From assembly GCA_037442105.1 (NCBI GenBank), contig JBBIQV010000033.1, forward strand, positions 1 to 35,691: a stretch of 35,691 nucleotides of DNA, given 5' to 3'. The notes under the pieces are model-generated. The model saw only the letters and a program-made list of their open reading frames with translations. It was not told the origin of the DNA and did not search any database. Both the position numbers and the translations under genes were made by a program. The stretch comes from Nitrospiraceae bacterium. Lineage in GTDB: Bacteria; Nitrospirota; Nitrospiria; Nitrospirales; Nitrospiraceae. How positions within the stretch are numbered: position 1 is the stretch's first letter; the number at the start of each line of letters is the position of its first letter. Positions 18,964 through 29,164 of the stretch are shown piece by piece.

Positions 18964-19616
18964 TGGCTCACATCCGGGTAATGCTGGCAGACGATCGTGC
19001 GCTCGTCCGGCAAGGGATCCGGTCCTTGCTGGAAAAGCTCGAGGGGGTGGAGGTCGTGGGAGATGTGGCCGATGGACGCGAGGCGGTGCAGATGGCCAAA
19101 ACGGCTCAGCCCGATATCGTGTTCCTGGACATTGCGATGCCGGGGTTGAACGGCCTTGAGGCAGCCGCGCGCCTTAAAAAAGAGTCTCCGACCACCCGCG
19201 TGATCATGCTGTCGATGTACGGGGGCGAGGAGTACTTCCACCAGGCGATGGATTCCGGCGTGGCCGGCTATCTGCTCAAGGATGCGGATCGCACAGAGCT
19301 CGAGTTGGCGATCAAAACCGTCCAACGAGGCGAAACTTATTTATCTCCTGCCGTGGCGAAGTATGCGGTCGAGGCCTACCGGTACCGCAAGGAAGGGGAA
19401 TGCGGGCCGCTCGCTCGCCTCAGCTCACGCCAGCGAGAAATCCTTCAGTTGATCGCCGAAGGGCATACCACCAAAGATATTGCACAGCGCCTCAATCTGA
19501 GTCCGCGAACCGTGGAAACCCATCGAGCCGAGCTGATGGACCGCTTGGACATTCATGATGTTCCAGGTCTCGTGAGGCTGGCCATCCGAGCTGGGTTGAT
19601 CAAGCCCAACTCGTAA
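18960..19616 (+). CDS. NarL/FixJ-family response regulator
   Basis: REC (DD, DIAMP, LK) plus LuxR HTH LSSRQREIL...LSPRTVETHR. Confidence 0.93.
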   Translation: MMAHIRVMLADDRALVRQGIRSLLEKLEGVEVVGDVADGREAVQMAKTAQPDIVFLDIAMPGLNGLEAAARLKKESPTTRVIMLSMYGGEEYFHQAMDSGVAGYLLKDADRTELELAIKTVQRGETYLSPAVAKYAVEAYRYRKEGECGPLARLSSRQREILQLIAEGHTTKDIAQRLNLSPRTVETHRAELMDRLDIHDVPGLVRLAIRAGLIKPNS

Positions 19617-19626
19617 ATTCCACCCT

Positions 19627-19676
19627 TCTGTTTTGAAAATGGGGACAAGCCCCGCCGGTGCCTGTCCTCATTTTCA
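19627..19676 (+). repeat. REP-like hairpin, possibly acting as a terminator
   Basis: TGAAAATGGGGACA / TGTCCTCATTTTCA inverted repeat; related sequence at 34881-34957. Confidence 0.55.
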
Positions 19677-19687
19677 TCCCCTGCCCT

Positions 19688-19737
19688 CCGTAGGATACGG
19701 GACTATCCTCCGTAGTCCACCCCCGGACACCCCGTAC
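19688..19737 (+). promoter_or_regulatory. phased CCGTA repeats, candidate regulator-binding array
   Basis: CCGTA at 19688, 19710 and 19732 (22-bp period) plus inverted TACGG at 19696; TTGATA follows at 19743. Confidence 0.45.
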
Positions 19738-19781
19738 CTCCCTTGATAGGCGAACCATCTGTTCCGTGCCATCCTTTGCGT

Positions 19782-20228
19782 ATGGAACAGCCCATCTCTA
19801 CAGCGACATCCGGGCAACCCCAGCCGCCCCTACGCGTGCTGTTGGTGGACGACAATCCGCTCTTCCTCAAGCAGGTATCGCGATGGCTGATGAACCAACC
19901 CGGCATCCTCGTGATAGGCCGAGCGACATCGGGAGAGGAGGGAGTTGAGCAGGCGAACCTGCTCGGTCCTGATCTCGTCCTGATGGATCTCTCCATGCCG
20001 ACGATGAACGGCCTCCAGGCGGCCGAACTGATCAAGAGTCGATTGGATGCGACCCGCGTGATCTTGATCTCCATGCACAATCTGGAGCCGTTCCGGCAGA
20101 AGCTCATCGCACAAGCGGATGGGTTCGTGAGCAAGGATGAACTGTGTGATGGGTTGATGCCGCTCATCCGTGAGATCTTCCCCGGGCGCGTAAACAGGGG
20201 GAGAACCTTCAAGGAACAAGAACGATGA
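19782..20228 (+). CDS. single-domain response regulator
   Basis: LVDD, MDLSMP, ISMH, FVSK; no output domain; start uncertain (19743 or 19782). Confidence 0.85.
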   Translation: MEQPISTATSGQPQPPLRVLLVDDNPLFLKQVSRWLMNQPGILVIGRATSGEEGVEQANLLGPDLVLMDLSMPTMNGLQAAELIKSRLDATRVILISMHNLEPFRQKLIAQADGFVSKDELCDGLMPLIREIFPGRVNRGRTFKEQER

Positions 20229-21430
20229 AACTCGCATACAAACGCGAGCCGCTGTCAAAGACGGAGCCTAAAGGGAGCGGAATGTGCAAGAAGCCGGGCA
20301 ATACCCCCCTCTTGGGCGAGATGCTGCTCCTGGTCAGCGCAATCCTGGTAGCCATCATTGCCGTCGAGTTGGGTCTGAGAGTGAGTTACCGGCTTGAACA
20401 ACTCCAACCGGCCGCTGTGACGAACCAGCCGCAACAGGACAGCGCTTGGAAGTTCTTCCAATATGACTCCACTCTCGGCTGGAGAAACAGGCCAGATGCA
20501 GAAGGTACGTTCAAGATTCCGGATTCGGTCACCTCCGTCAAAATCAATTCACAAGGAGTGCGGGATCGGGAGCACCGGTTCGAGAAGCCCGGGCGCTTCC
20601 GAATACTTGCGCTCGGCGATTCCTTCACCTGGGGGTTCGGGGTCGAGCAGAATGAACGATTCACGGATAAACTCCAGTCGTTGGTCGGTGAACCCATCGA
20701 GGTGATCAATGCGGGGGTGACCGGGTGGGGAACTGATCAAGAGCTGCTGTATTGGACGCAGGAGGGCTACCGATATCATCCCGACTTGGTGCTCGTGGCA
20801 TTCGGGACCGAAGACATCATTAACAACGCACATTCGGTGCAGCACGGTTATCCCAAGCCGTATTTCCTGTTACGCGAGAACCACCTGGTTCTCAGGAACT
20901 CGCCGGTGCCGAAGAAAACAGGAGACTGGGCAAAACATCTCGGGCTTCCTGAAGAACTGCGGGTAAAACCGGTTGAGGCAGACGAGTCAAGGGGAGAGAT
21001 CAACGCGTTCTTGCAGACACACGTGCTGAGTCATTCGTGGCTGTGGGCGAGGGGAAGGGATTTCCTGCACGATAGAGAAATGGCCAACAAAGGGGTGGAT
21101 CGCCTCACAGAAGCGTTGCTGTTAGCGCTGCAGCAGCGTGTGCAATCTCATGAGGCTAAGCTAGTGGTCGTGATGGTTCCATACAAGAACCATATTCGAC
21201 CCGGCGCGAGCGCCAACGATCTCAGGCAATGGGACGCAATCGTGAAGTTCTTCCGCTCGCACGGTTTCGACTGCGTGGATTTGAGACCTGCGTTTGTGAA
21301 GGAATCGACCGCCGGAAAGCAGTTGCACTTTGCGATCGATGACCATTGGAACCCTACAGGCCATGAACTTGCGGCGAAGGTGATCTATGAGCATCTGACC
21401 GAGAAGCACATCCTGCCTTCTACTCCTTGA
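20225..21430 (+). CDS. membrane-anchored SGNH/GDSL hydrolase (AlgX/AlgJ-like)
   Basis: LGDSFTWG, INAGVTG, DDHWN..GH; N-terminal TM. Confidence 0.85.
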   Translation: MKLAYKREPLSKTEPKGSGMCKKPGNTPLLGEMLLLVSAILVAIIAVELGLRVSYRLEQLQPAAVTNQPQQDSAWKFFQYDSTLGWRNRPDAEGTFKIPDSVTSVKINSQGVRDREHRFEKPGRFRILALGDSFTWGFGVEQNERFTDKLQSLVGEPIEVINAGVTGWGTDQELLYWTQEGYRYHPDLVLVAFGTEDIINNAHSVQHGYPKPYFLLRENHLVLRNSPVPKKTGDWAKHLGLPEELRVKPVEADESRGEINAFLQTHVLSHSWLWARGRDFLHDREMANKGVDRLTEALLLALQQRVQSHEAKLVVVMVPYKNHIRPGASANDLRQWDAIVKFFRSHGFDCVDLRPAFVKESTAGKQLHFAIDDHWNPTGHELAAKVIYEHLTEKHILPSTP

Positions 21431-21531
21431 CTCCTCTAATTCGGTGGCTATCTCACTCTTACAATAGTAGCCTTACGCGCCAACGGCATCAGTCTCAAAG
21501 GCGATAAGTCGGCTTAATTGTGGAGGAACTG

Positions 21532-23919
21532 ATGACTGACAATTCGTTCGTGGCGAACCTTCCTGTACTTCCCATCAAGCGCACGGTCCTGTTTCCCGGG
21601 GTAATCATGCCTCTGACGATCGGCCGCGAGCGGTCGGTGGCTGCAGTGGAAGCCGCCATGAAAACCGAGGATAAAACCCTCCTGATCGTCGCTCAACGTG
21701 ATCCACGGACGGAACAGCCGGGTCTCGAAGAGCTTTATACAGTTGGCACGAAGGCAACCATCCGGCAAATCGCGCGAAGCGCCGAAGGCCAGTTGAATAT
21801 CTTGGCGCAGGGATTGGAGCGAGTCGTGTTGCTCAAAGTCGAGCAAGACAGTCCCTATCTGCTCGTACGGGCTAAGTCCCTCCCCGATCCGACCGACACA
21901 GGAACGGAAGTGGACGCGCTTCACCGGGCAATCCAGGACATAGTCACGGACTTGCCCAAACTGATCCAGTCGCCGGGGATTCAGGAGGCAGCCTTGGCTC
22001 TGGGTGCGGAGCAGGATCCCGTGGCGCTGGCCTACCGCATTGCTTCTTTCCTGAACCTCACAGTAGACAACGAGCAGAAGTTGCTCGAATCCTCTTCCCG
22101 AGTGGATTTGCTGCGCGGACTGTATGCCGCCCTGTCCAGGGAGGTTCAGATTCTCCAGTTGCGCGACAAGATTACAAGCGAAGCGCGGGAGAAGATCGGC
22201 AAGACCCAACGGGAATACCTCCTGCGCGAGCAGCTCAAGGCGATCCAGGATGAGTTGGGCGAGTCGGAGGGAGACGGCAACGATGTGGCGCATCTGAGGA
22301 AGCAGATCCAGGAAGCGGATTTGCCGGACCATGTTCGCAAGGAGGCTGAGCGTGAGATAGGCCGGCTGGCTAAGATTCCGCCTGCTTCGCCGGATCACCA
22401 AGTCATTCGCAGCTATTTAGAACTGGTGATCGAGTTGCCGTGGAAGAAGGCATCGGAAGATCCGCTTGACCTGGCTCGGGTTCGGCAGGTACTGGAGGAG
22501 GACCACTACGGCATTAAGGAAGTCAAAGAACGAATTGTCGAGCACTTAGCCGTGCTCAAGTTGAACCCCGGCGCAAAGGCGCCTATTCTCTGTCTGGTGG
22601 GTCCTCCCGGCGTCGGAAAAACAAGCCTCGGGCAATCCATTGCACGTGCGATGGGACGGAGTTTCGAGCGATTCAGCCTTGGCGGGGTCCATGACGAGGC
22701 CGAACTCCGTGGCCACCGCCGGACTTACGTGGGCGCCCTCCCCGGCCGCATCATCCAAGCTATACGCCGGGCAGGGGTGAACAATCCGGTCTTGATGCTT
22801 GACGAAGTGGACAAGATGGGCCACGACTTTCGCGGCGATCCGGCGGCGGCGCTGCTGGAAGTGCTCGACCCGGCTCAGAACCACACGTTCCGGGACCATT
22901 ATCTCGATCTGGCATTCGATCTATCGAAGGTGTTTTTCATCACCACGGCTAACACGCTAGATACCGTCAGCCAACCGCTGCTCGATCGGATGGAGATCAT
23001 CCGCCTACAGGGCTACAGCGAACGAGAGAAAGAAGAGATCGCAGTTCGCTACCTCTGGCCGCGACGACTCAAGGAAGCCGGCTTGAACCACGAGCAGGTT
23101 CTGCTGCCCAAGGAGACGTTATCCCACGTCATCAGCCGGTACACACGTGAAGCAGGAGTCCGTCAGTTGGAACAAATGCTTGGAGGGCTGACTCGAAAGA
23201 TAGCCTTAAAATTTGCCGATCTGTCGGAAGATCAGCCGCGTGAACCAATCACCATCCGTCAAGATCACTTGGCTGAGTGGCTGGGGGCTGAACGATTCAT
23301 GCCTGAAGAGGCGCGCAAGCGACTGCCTGCAGGAGTCGCAACCGGTCTGGCCTGGACACCGACAGGAGGAGATGTTCTCTATATTGAAACGAGTCTGTTG
23401 CCGGGAAGTCACGACCTGACATTGACCGGACAGCTCGGCGACGTGATGCAAGAGTCCGCCCGTGCAGCACGCAGCTATCTCTGGGCTCATGCGGAGTCCA
23501 TGGGGTTGGACATCTCCCGCTTTAAGCGGAACGGGGTTCATATCCATGTCCCATCCGGGGCCATTCCGAAGGACGGTCCGTCAGCCGGTATCACGATGGC
23601 CACGGCGCTTGCATCGGCTTACGTCGGCGCTCCTGTTCGTAACGATACGGCGATGACCGGAGAGATCAGCTTGAGCGGTTTGGTGTTACCGGTCGGCGGC
23701 ATCAAGGAAAAGGTTCTTGCCGCACACCGGGCTGGAATTAAACGGATCATCCTGCCGAAAGCGAATGAGAAAGACATCAAGGAAGTGCCGGACGAGGTCA
23801 GGCAGGAGTTGGCACTCATTCTGGTGGAAACCATTGAGCAGGTGCTCTCGGCTGCGTTCGAGTCACAACAATGTGCGTTGGACGGAGTCGAGCCGGCGGC
23901 AGCTCTTCCCAATCGTTGA
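21532..23919 (+). CDS. lon: ATP-dependent Lon protease
   Basis: GPPGVGKT, RGHRRTYVG, LDEVDK, PKDGPSAG, GGIKEK; GGAGG SD before ATG 21532. Confidence 0.96.
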   Translation: MTDNSFVANLPVLPIKRTVLFPGVIMPLTIGRERSVAAVEAAMKTEDKTLLIVAQRDPRTEQPGLEELYTVGTKATIRQIARSAEGQLNILAQGLERVVLLKVEQDSPYLLVRAKSLPDPTDTGTEVDALHRAIQDIVTDLPKLIQSPGIQEAALALGAEQDPVALAYRIASFLNLTVDNEQKLLESSSRVDLLRGLYAALSREVQILQLRDKITSEAREKIGKTQREYLLREQLKAIQDELGESEGDGNDVAHLRKQIQEADLPDHVRKEAEREIGRLAKIPPASPDHQVIRSYLELVIELPWKKASEDPLDLARVRQVLEEDHYGIKEVKERIVEHLAVLKLNPGAKAPILCLVGPPGVGKTSLGQSIARAMGRSFERFSLGGVHDEAELRGHRRTYVGALPGRIIQAIRRAGVNNPVLMLDEVDKMGHDFRGDPAAALLEVLDPAQNHTFRDHYLDLAFDLSKVFFITTANTLDTVSQPLLDRMEIIRLQGYSEREKEEIAVRYLWPRRLKEAGLNHEQVLLPKETLSHVISRYTREAGVRQLEQMLGGLTRKIALKFADLSEDQPREPITIRQDHLAEWLGAERFMPEEARKRLPAGVATGLAWTPTGGDVLYIETSLLPGSHDLTLTGQLGDVMQESARAARSYLWAHAESMGLDISRFKRNGVHIHVPSGAIPKDGPSAGITMATALASAYVGAPVRNDTAMTGEISLSGLVLPVGGIKEKVLAAHRAGIKRIILPKANEKDIKEVPDEVRQELALILVETIEQVLSAAFESQQCALDGVEPAAALPNR

Positions 23920-24023
23920 TCTTTCTTTATAAGCGTAAGGCAGCTTCTCGGCGTCCGACCAAGAATTGGGTCGCAAGATAGGCTGTGATTGGTATGGGCG
24001 CAATAGTGGGAAAGGAGGGTGCC

Positions 24024-24443
24024 ATGGCGCAGAAAATCGAGATCGGCCCGATCGTGAAGGTCTTCAAGAACGACGAGGAATGGAAAAAGCTGCTGGCGCC
24101 GGAAGCCTACCAAGTCCTGCGTCACGAAGCGACGGAGCGTCCGTTCACGAATGCTTATCATGACAACAAGAAACCCGGCATCTATCAATGCGCGGGCTGC
24201 GAGCTGCCGTTGTTTTCATCCGAGCACAAGTTCGACAGCGGCACAGGCTGGCCGAGCTTTTGGCAGCCGATCGCACCGCAGGTCGTGGAGACCCATACCG
24301 ATTTCAAATTGATCATTCCGCGAACCGAGGTGCATTGCGCGCGCTGCGGAGGCCATCAAGGGCACGTCTTCAAGGACGGGCCGCCACCGACCGGGCTGCG
24401 CTACTGCATCAACTCCGCCGCACTCAAATTTGTCCCGGCCTAA
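24024..24443 (+). CDS. msrB: peptide-methionine (R)-S-oxide reductase
   Basis: KFDSGTGWPSF, two CxxC, GHVF.DGP, RYCINS; AGGAGG SD. Confidence 0.95.
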   Translation: MAQKIEIGPIVKVFKNDEEWKKLLAPEAYQVLRHEATERPFTNAYHDNKKPGIYQCAGCELPLFSSEHKFDSGTGWPSFWQPIAPQVVETHTDFKLIIPRTEVHCARCGGHQGHVFKDGPPPTGLRYCINSAALKFVPA

Positions 24444-24467
24444 GCATTCGCGGGAACGGTTCTGATG

Positions 24468-24959
24468 TCAGTTTTGCTCGACGATTCCCTGAAGCTGCTG
24501 AATCAATTCCTTGATGCGTTGCTTCGATTCGCTTGGAGTGACAAGAGGATTGAGCGGCGTCCCCTGCCCCGCCTCCGGCGCTCGCGGTTCGGTTTCCAGC
24601 ACGAGACTCATGCTGCTCGGCTTGTCCGTCACTTTCGCTCGTTCCAGTTCGCGTGCGATCCTGAGCCGGGCGATCTCATGGCGGAGCTCGCCCCAGTATC
24701 TCGTCGTGCTATCCAACTTATCCACTGCCAAGCCGAGTTTGTTTACTAGCTCGTCGGTCTGCTTCCTTCGCTCGGCGTGAAACTTCTCGATTGCCGCCAT
24801 CTTTGTCCGTTCGATCCGCAGCTCACGCTGCGCATCCTCGGCCTCTTTCTTCACTGCCCGGTAACTGCTGCTGCTCACACACCCGGCGCTAAAAACGAAC
24901 AGTACCCCGATCACTGTCATCACGACCGCACGATTGAGAGTCTGCCCGATGGTATTCAT
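24468..24959 (-). CDS. coiled-coil lipoprotein, function unknown
   Basis: SAGC lipobox then heptad-rich region; AGGAGG SD before ATG 24959. Confidence 0.75.
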   Translation of the reverse strand: MNTIGQTLNRAVVMTVIGVLFVFSAGCVSSSSYRAVKKEAEDAQRELRIERTKMAAIEKFHAERRKQTDELVNKLGLAVDKLDSTTRYWGELRHEIARLRIARELERAKVTDKPSSMSLVLETEPRAPEAGQGTPLNPLVTPSESKQRIKELIQQLQGIVEQN

Positions 24960-25162
24960 GGCTCGCCCTCCTTGATGAGGTGGTTCCCGGCTCGCAAGAC
25001 ACATCACATGCGCCCGCATAGACAAAAATCATTTAACCACCCGTCAAGACTCATTTTCCATATCCGGAAGGCAGTCGACAGGAGACCAGGTCAAACGGCT
25101 CTGGAAGGATATTGAAGCTCAAAAGATGATTAAAGACGCGCGGCAGGAAGCGGTGCCGAGTT

Positions 25163-25570
25163 TCACGCCGCCTCGGCCATGACCTGCTGGATCTTTTCCG
25201 CGAGCATCTGCGGCGTGTAGGGCTTTCGCAGGAACCAGCCACCCATCACGCCCTGGAAATTACTGTGCGAGACGAGCCCGGACATAAAGAGCACCGGCAG
25301 GCTGGGGCGCAGATTTCGCAGTTGCTGCGCGAGTTGCGGACCGGACATATGCGGCATAACGACATCGACCACCAGCAACTGAATGGAATGGGCGTGCTGT
25401 TGGAACACCTTGATCGCCTCTTCCCCATCGGCGGCTCGAAGGACACGGTAGCCCTTCATTTCCAACATACTTGCGGTCAGATCGCAGACGGCGTCATCGT
25501 CATCCACTACCAATATCGTGTGCGATGCAGATTGTGCTGGCTGGGACTGCTTCGGTGACCTTTTAGACAT
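25163..25570 (-). CDS. single-domain response regulator
   Basis: VVDDD, VDVVMP, FMSG, RKPY; GGGAGG SD before ATG 25570. Confidence 0.88.
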   Translation of the reverse strand: MSKRSPKQSQPAQSASHTILVVDDDDAVCDLTASMLEMKGYRVLRAADGEEAIKVFQQHAHSIQLLVVDVVMPHMSGPQLAQQLRNLRPSLPVLFMSGLVSHSNFQGVMGGWFLRKPYTPQMLAEKIQQVMAEAA

Positions 25571-25781
25571 TCGCCGAGACCTCCCATTTGAGAATGTTCT
25601 ATCTGCATCTTTACCATTCCAGCGGAAAGTCGTCAAAGCGAACGCGAGAACTTGCCGTGAACTTTTTGAGCTGTTCCACACGCATACGATGAGTTGCGAG
25701 AGCCGCAGCGGCCCCCGGTCAAGCAAGCGCACGGTAGGAGAACGGAAGGACGGTGCACCAGTGGGAAGGATCGATGCCGGA

Positions 25782-27761
25782 TCAGGCTGCCGGGAGCCAG
25801 GTATCCAGTTTGGCGCGCAGCGTGTCCAGGATCAGCGGCTTGGTCAGGACATCATCCATACCGGCGTCGATGCACCGCCGGCGATCCTCTGCGCCGACGT
25901 TGCCGGTCAAGGCTATGATTGGAACGCGGCGCGGGGCTAGAGGTGAACAACATTGTGCCTTCTCTCTAGCCTTGTGCCTCTCACCACTGGCCTGCACTTC
26001 GCACTCGCGGATGCGTTTTGTAGCCTGAAACCCATCCAGCTCGGGCATCTCGCAATCCATAAGCACCAGGTCGTAGTCGGCTCGCTCCAACGCCTCGACC
26101 GCCTCGCGTCCGTTGCGTACGACTTCCGCCTGACAGCCCAGCTTCTGGAGAAACTTGCAGGCCACGACCTGATTGACGTCGTTATCGTCGGCGACGAGCA
26201 CACGAGCCGTCCCTGTCCGAGACGCTCGCTTGCCGGTCGTTAAACTCTGTGAATCGTGTTTCGACGTGCGTTCGATGGCCGGCAGCAATGTCGTCGTAAA
26301 CCAAAACGTGCTGCCCTGGCCCGGTACGCTGTCCGCATCGATCACGCCGCCCATCAGCTCGACCAGTTGCTTGCAAATCATCAAGCCCAAGCCGGTTCCG
26401 CCGAACCGCCTGGCGGTCGAACTGTCCGCTTGCGTATAGGCTTGAAAGAGCCGCGCCCGTTGCTCCGGCGTGATGCCGATGCCCGTGTCCTGAACTTTCC
26501 ACCGGAGAACCACGACATCGGGGTCTTCGTGCTCGCCGACCTCGCGGACGACATGAATGTGGACGCCGCCCTGCTCCGTGAACTTGATGGCATTCCCCAC
26601 CAGATTAAAGAGAATCTGCCGGAGACGGACCGGATCGCCGCGGAAGGCCGGCGGTACATCGGGCGCGATGAGAACGGACAAGGTGAGGCGCTTCTGCGCG
26701 GCAAGTCCGGAGACCAGCGTCACCACATCGTTGATCAGCGGTCTGAGTTCGACATCGGCGACTTCCAATGTCATCTTCCCCGCTTCGATCTTGGAGAAGT
26801 CGAGAATGTCGTTGATGAGCGCCAGCAAGGCCTCGCCTGATCGATGCATCGTCTCCACGTACTGCCGCTGTTGTTCGGTCAGATCGGTTGTTTGAAGCAA
26901 CTGGGCGCATCCAATGACGCCGTTCATCGGTGTTCTGATCTCATGGCTCATGGTTGCCAGGAAGGTGCTCTTGGCGCGCGCGGTTTCTTCAGCCGCCTCC
27001 TTGTCACGGCGAAGCGCCACGGCCGCCGTGATGTCCGCGCCATAAGCCCGGACTTGCCGGGCCTGCTGAAGGGGGTAGAACGACCAGGCGAGCACGCGAC
27101 CACCGACCTCCATCTCGATCTTTGCCGATGCCTGTCCGTTGCAGAGACACGTGTTTAGAATTTCCCTCAGATTGCGGGGCAAAACCGCCGCCGAATCCTC
27201 GTCGGTGAATCCCAGTTCGTTCAACAGCTTCACCATCGCCGTATTGGCATACAACATCACGCCCGCATCATCGAACTCCACGATGGGATGGGGAGCGTCC
27301 TCAGCAAGAGTGGCAACTCGTTGCAGGTCTCGTTGTGCCTCCCGCTCCACAGTGAGATCGCGACACAACACGACTCCACCGACAACTTCGCGAGCATGCA
27401 GGCGTGGCCAATATGTGATATGGATCTCTATGAGCGTTCCATCGTCGCGCATCCACTGATGGTCGGCCAGCATGGTCACCTGCCCGGCGGCAAGCATCCG
27501 ATCGAATGGGCATGAGGCTGGTCCCACTGCTGTTTCACCATCATGACACCCCAGCAGGTCATGCACACGTTGCCCCACTGCGTCGCAATATTGTCCGAAA
27601 AGCTGCTGGGCGGCAGGATTGAGCGAGAGGATCATGCCGGCTCGGTCCACCACGAATACCGCATCGCTGACCGCTTCGAGAAGGAGGAGAGAGTCTTCCC
27701 GGTTCGGGAGCCAGGCTGTGGGAGGAGAAATGTGCCGATCAGGAGCGGCTCCGCGTTCCAT
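25782..27761 (-). CDS. hybrid sensor kinase (PAS-PAS-HisKA-HATPase-REC)
   Basis: MSHEIRTPMNG, NLVGNAIKFT, DTGIG, GGTGLGL, MDCEMP; start just after the upstream stop. Confidence 0.92.
   Translation of the reverse strand: MERGAAPDRHISPPTAWLPNREDSLLLLEAVSDAVFVVDRAGMILSLNPAAQQLFGQYCDAVGQRVHDLLGCHDGETAVGPASCPFDRMLAAGQVTMLADHQWMRDDGTLIEIHITYWPRLHAREVVGGVVLCRDLTVEREAQRDLQRVATLAEDAPHPIVEFDDAGVMLYANTAMVKLLNELGFTDEDSAAVLPRNLREILNTCLCNGQASAKIEMEVGGRVLAWSFYPLQQARQVRAYGADITAAVALRRDKEAAEETARAKSTFLATMSHEIRTPMNGVIGCAQLLQTTDLTEQQRQYVETMHRSGEALLALINDILDFSKIEAGKMTLEVADVELRPLINDVVTLVSGLAAQKRLTLSVLIAPDVPPAFRGDPVRLRQILFNLVGNAIKFTEQGGVHIHVVREVGEHEDPDVVVLRWKVQDTGIGITPEQRARLFQAYTQADSSTARRFGGTGLGLMICKQLVELMGGVIDADSVPGQGSTFWFTTTLLPAIERTSKHDSQSLTTGKRASRTGTARVLVADDNDVNQVVACKFLQKLGCQAEVVRNGREAVEALERADYDLVLMDCEMPELDGFQATKRIRECEVQASGERHKAREKAQCCSPLAPRRVPIIALTGNVGAEDRRRCIDAGMDDVLTKPLILDTLRAKLDTWLPAA
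25932..25998 (-). repeat. degenerate heptamer-repeat insertion, in frame within the REC domain
   Basis: GCCAGTG GTGAGAG GCACAAG GCTAGAG followed by inverted CACCTCTAGCC. Confidence 0.55.
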
Positions 27762-27765
27762 CGTG

Positions 27766-29016
27766 CTACGCAACCTGTTTAAGAATTGTTTCGAGATCGA
27801 TGCCTTCCTGGTCGGCGTCGCGGATGTCCTGGATAGTTCGTTCGGGGTCGGTTTCTTGCGCCAGATCCACTTCCACCGGCGGGACGTAGGGAGCATTCGC
27901 TTTGTCGCGAAACAGATGCACAACCGGAAGGTGAGCTTTGCCGGGAGTGATTCCCGTCACGACACCCAACTCGCCGGATTTCAGCTCGACTACGCTGTAC
28001 AGAGGATACACACCGATGGTCCGAATCAGGTGCGAGACCAACTCCAGCATCGCGGGACACTGGCGGTGCTCCTGATACAACTGCGTGAGCGCTTGGTGAG
28101 ACGATAGAGGCGGTAATCCTCCTTGGCCGGTAACTAACTCGTCAAACTGGTCGACGATCATGACGAGACGGACCGGATCCGCCGCCGCCTGCTCGGAGGA
28201 CTGCGCGGGGGTCGAAGGTGGTTCGACCTGATGGTGCCCCTTCACAATGTCGAGCACCATAGGATCGACCGGGCCGCTGTTCTCGATGACCCCCACTCCT
28301 TGAATCGGGTGCGAGTCGTACAGCGTCTGCTGCGCCGGCGTAAAATGCTTGGACCGCTTGACGAGATTGCGAGGAAGGCGAAGCAACCCCACGTCATGCA
28401 CCAACGCGCCGAGCCCGAGCTGCTCGAGAGCTTGTCGTGGATAGTTGAGCGCGTGCCCCAAAATCACCGACAGGGTACAGACCGTCAGGCCATGTTCATG
28501 CAGGGCCCTATCGGCTTTCTGCGCACCCAGCACCGCAAAGCAGGCCGCCTCATGATCGAGAATATCCGAGACCATTTCCCCGACCAATTTGTGCACGGCA
28601 TCAAATTGAATCAAACCGGACGTCCGTGTCGATTCAAACAGCGTCTTGAGGCGCGCCGTCCATTCGACTTTTCGCTGCCTGGCAAGGGAGAACTTTTCCG
28701 CAAGAAACAGCGTCGAGGAGGAGGGAGATGGCGGCTGTATGGATTGAGTCGTTGGAAGGGCGGAACTTGATCGATCAGGACGGGTAGACTTCACCGGTTG
28801 GCTTACCGCCACAGGGTGGAGATCGGTGACATCCAGCCCATGGTCCGGATCGATGGTGACTTCGGTTATCCCGGCCTGCGCGAGCGTGTCGATCTCCGAG
28901 CGGTCTTTGATTGTGAAGCGATGGCGGAGAAACGGCGTCTGCAGCCATGACCGGTCCACCCCGATCACGAACATCCCGATCTTCAACGATCCTATAGGAA
29001 TCCGTCGCGGCGCCAA
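27766..29016 (-). CDS. DUF3391 plus HD-GYP-like protein lacking the GYP loop
   Basis: LKIGMFV..SWL.TPF N-domain; HDVG, HP, HH, IVDQFD, IGVYP...VEL..GE.GVV; TTG start. Confidence 0.82.
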   Translation of the reverse strand: MAPRRIPIGSLKIGMFVIGVDRSWLQTPFLRHRFTIKDRSEIDTLAQAGITEVTIDPDHGLDVTDLHPVAVSQPVKSTRPDRSSSALPTTQSIQPPSPSSSTLFLAEKFSLARQRKVEWTARLKTLFESTRTSGLIQFDAVHKLVGEMVSDILDHEAACFAVLGAQKADRALHEHGLTVCTLSVILGHALNYPRQALEQLGLGALVHDVGLLRLPRNLVKRSKHFTPAQQTLYDSHPIQGVGVIENSGPVDPMVLDIVKGHHQVEPPSTPAQSSEQAAADPVRLVMIVDQFDELVTGQGGLPPLSSHQALTQLYQEHRQCPAMLELVSHLIRTIGVYPLYSVVELKSGELGVVTGITPGKAHLPVVHLFRDKANAPYVPPVEVDLAQETDPERTIQDIRDADQEGIDLETILKQVA

Positions 29017-29164
29017 CGGGATACCTCGCGTTTACACTAGTGCCATTTGACCCTACTTTCTCGGTTTCTTGTCTTTTCATCTTGAGTACCGCGGTGATGA
29101 AGTCGATTCATATTCATTGTTAGCCATTGTCTCACCACCCCTCTCAGGTCCGCATATCGTTGGC

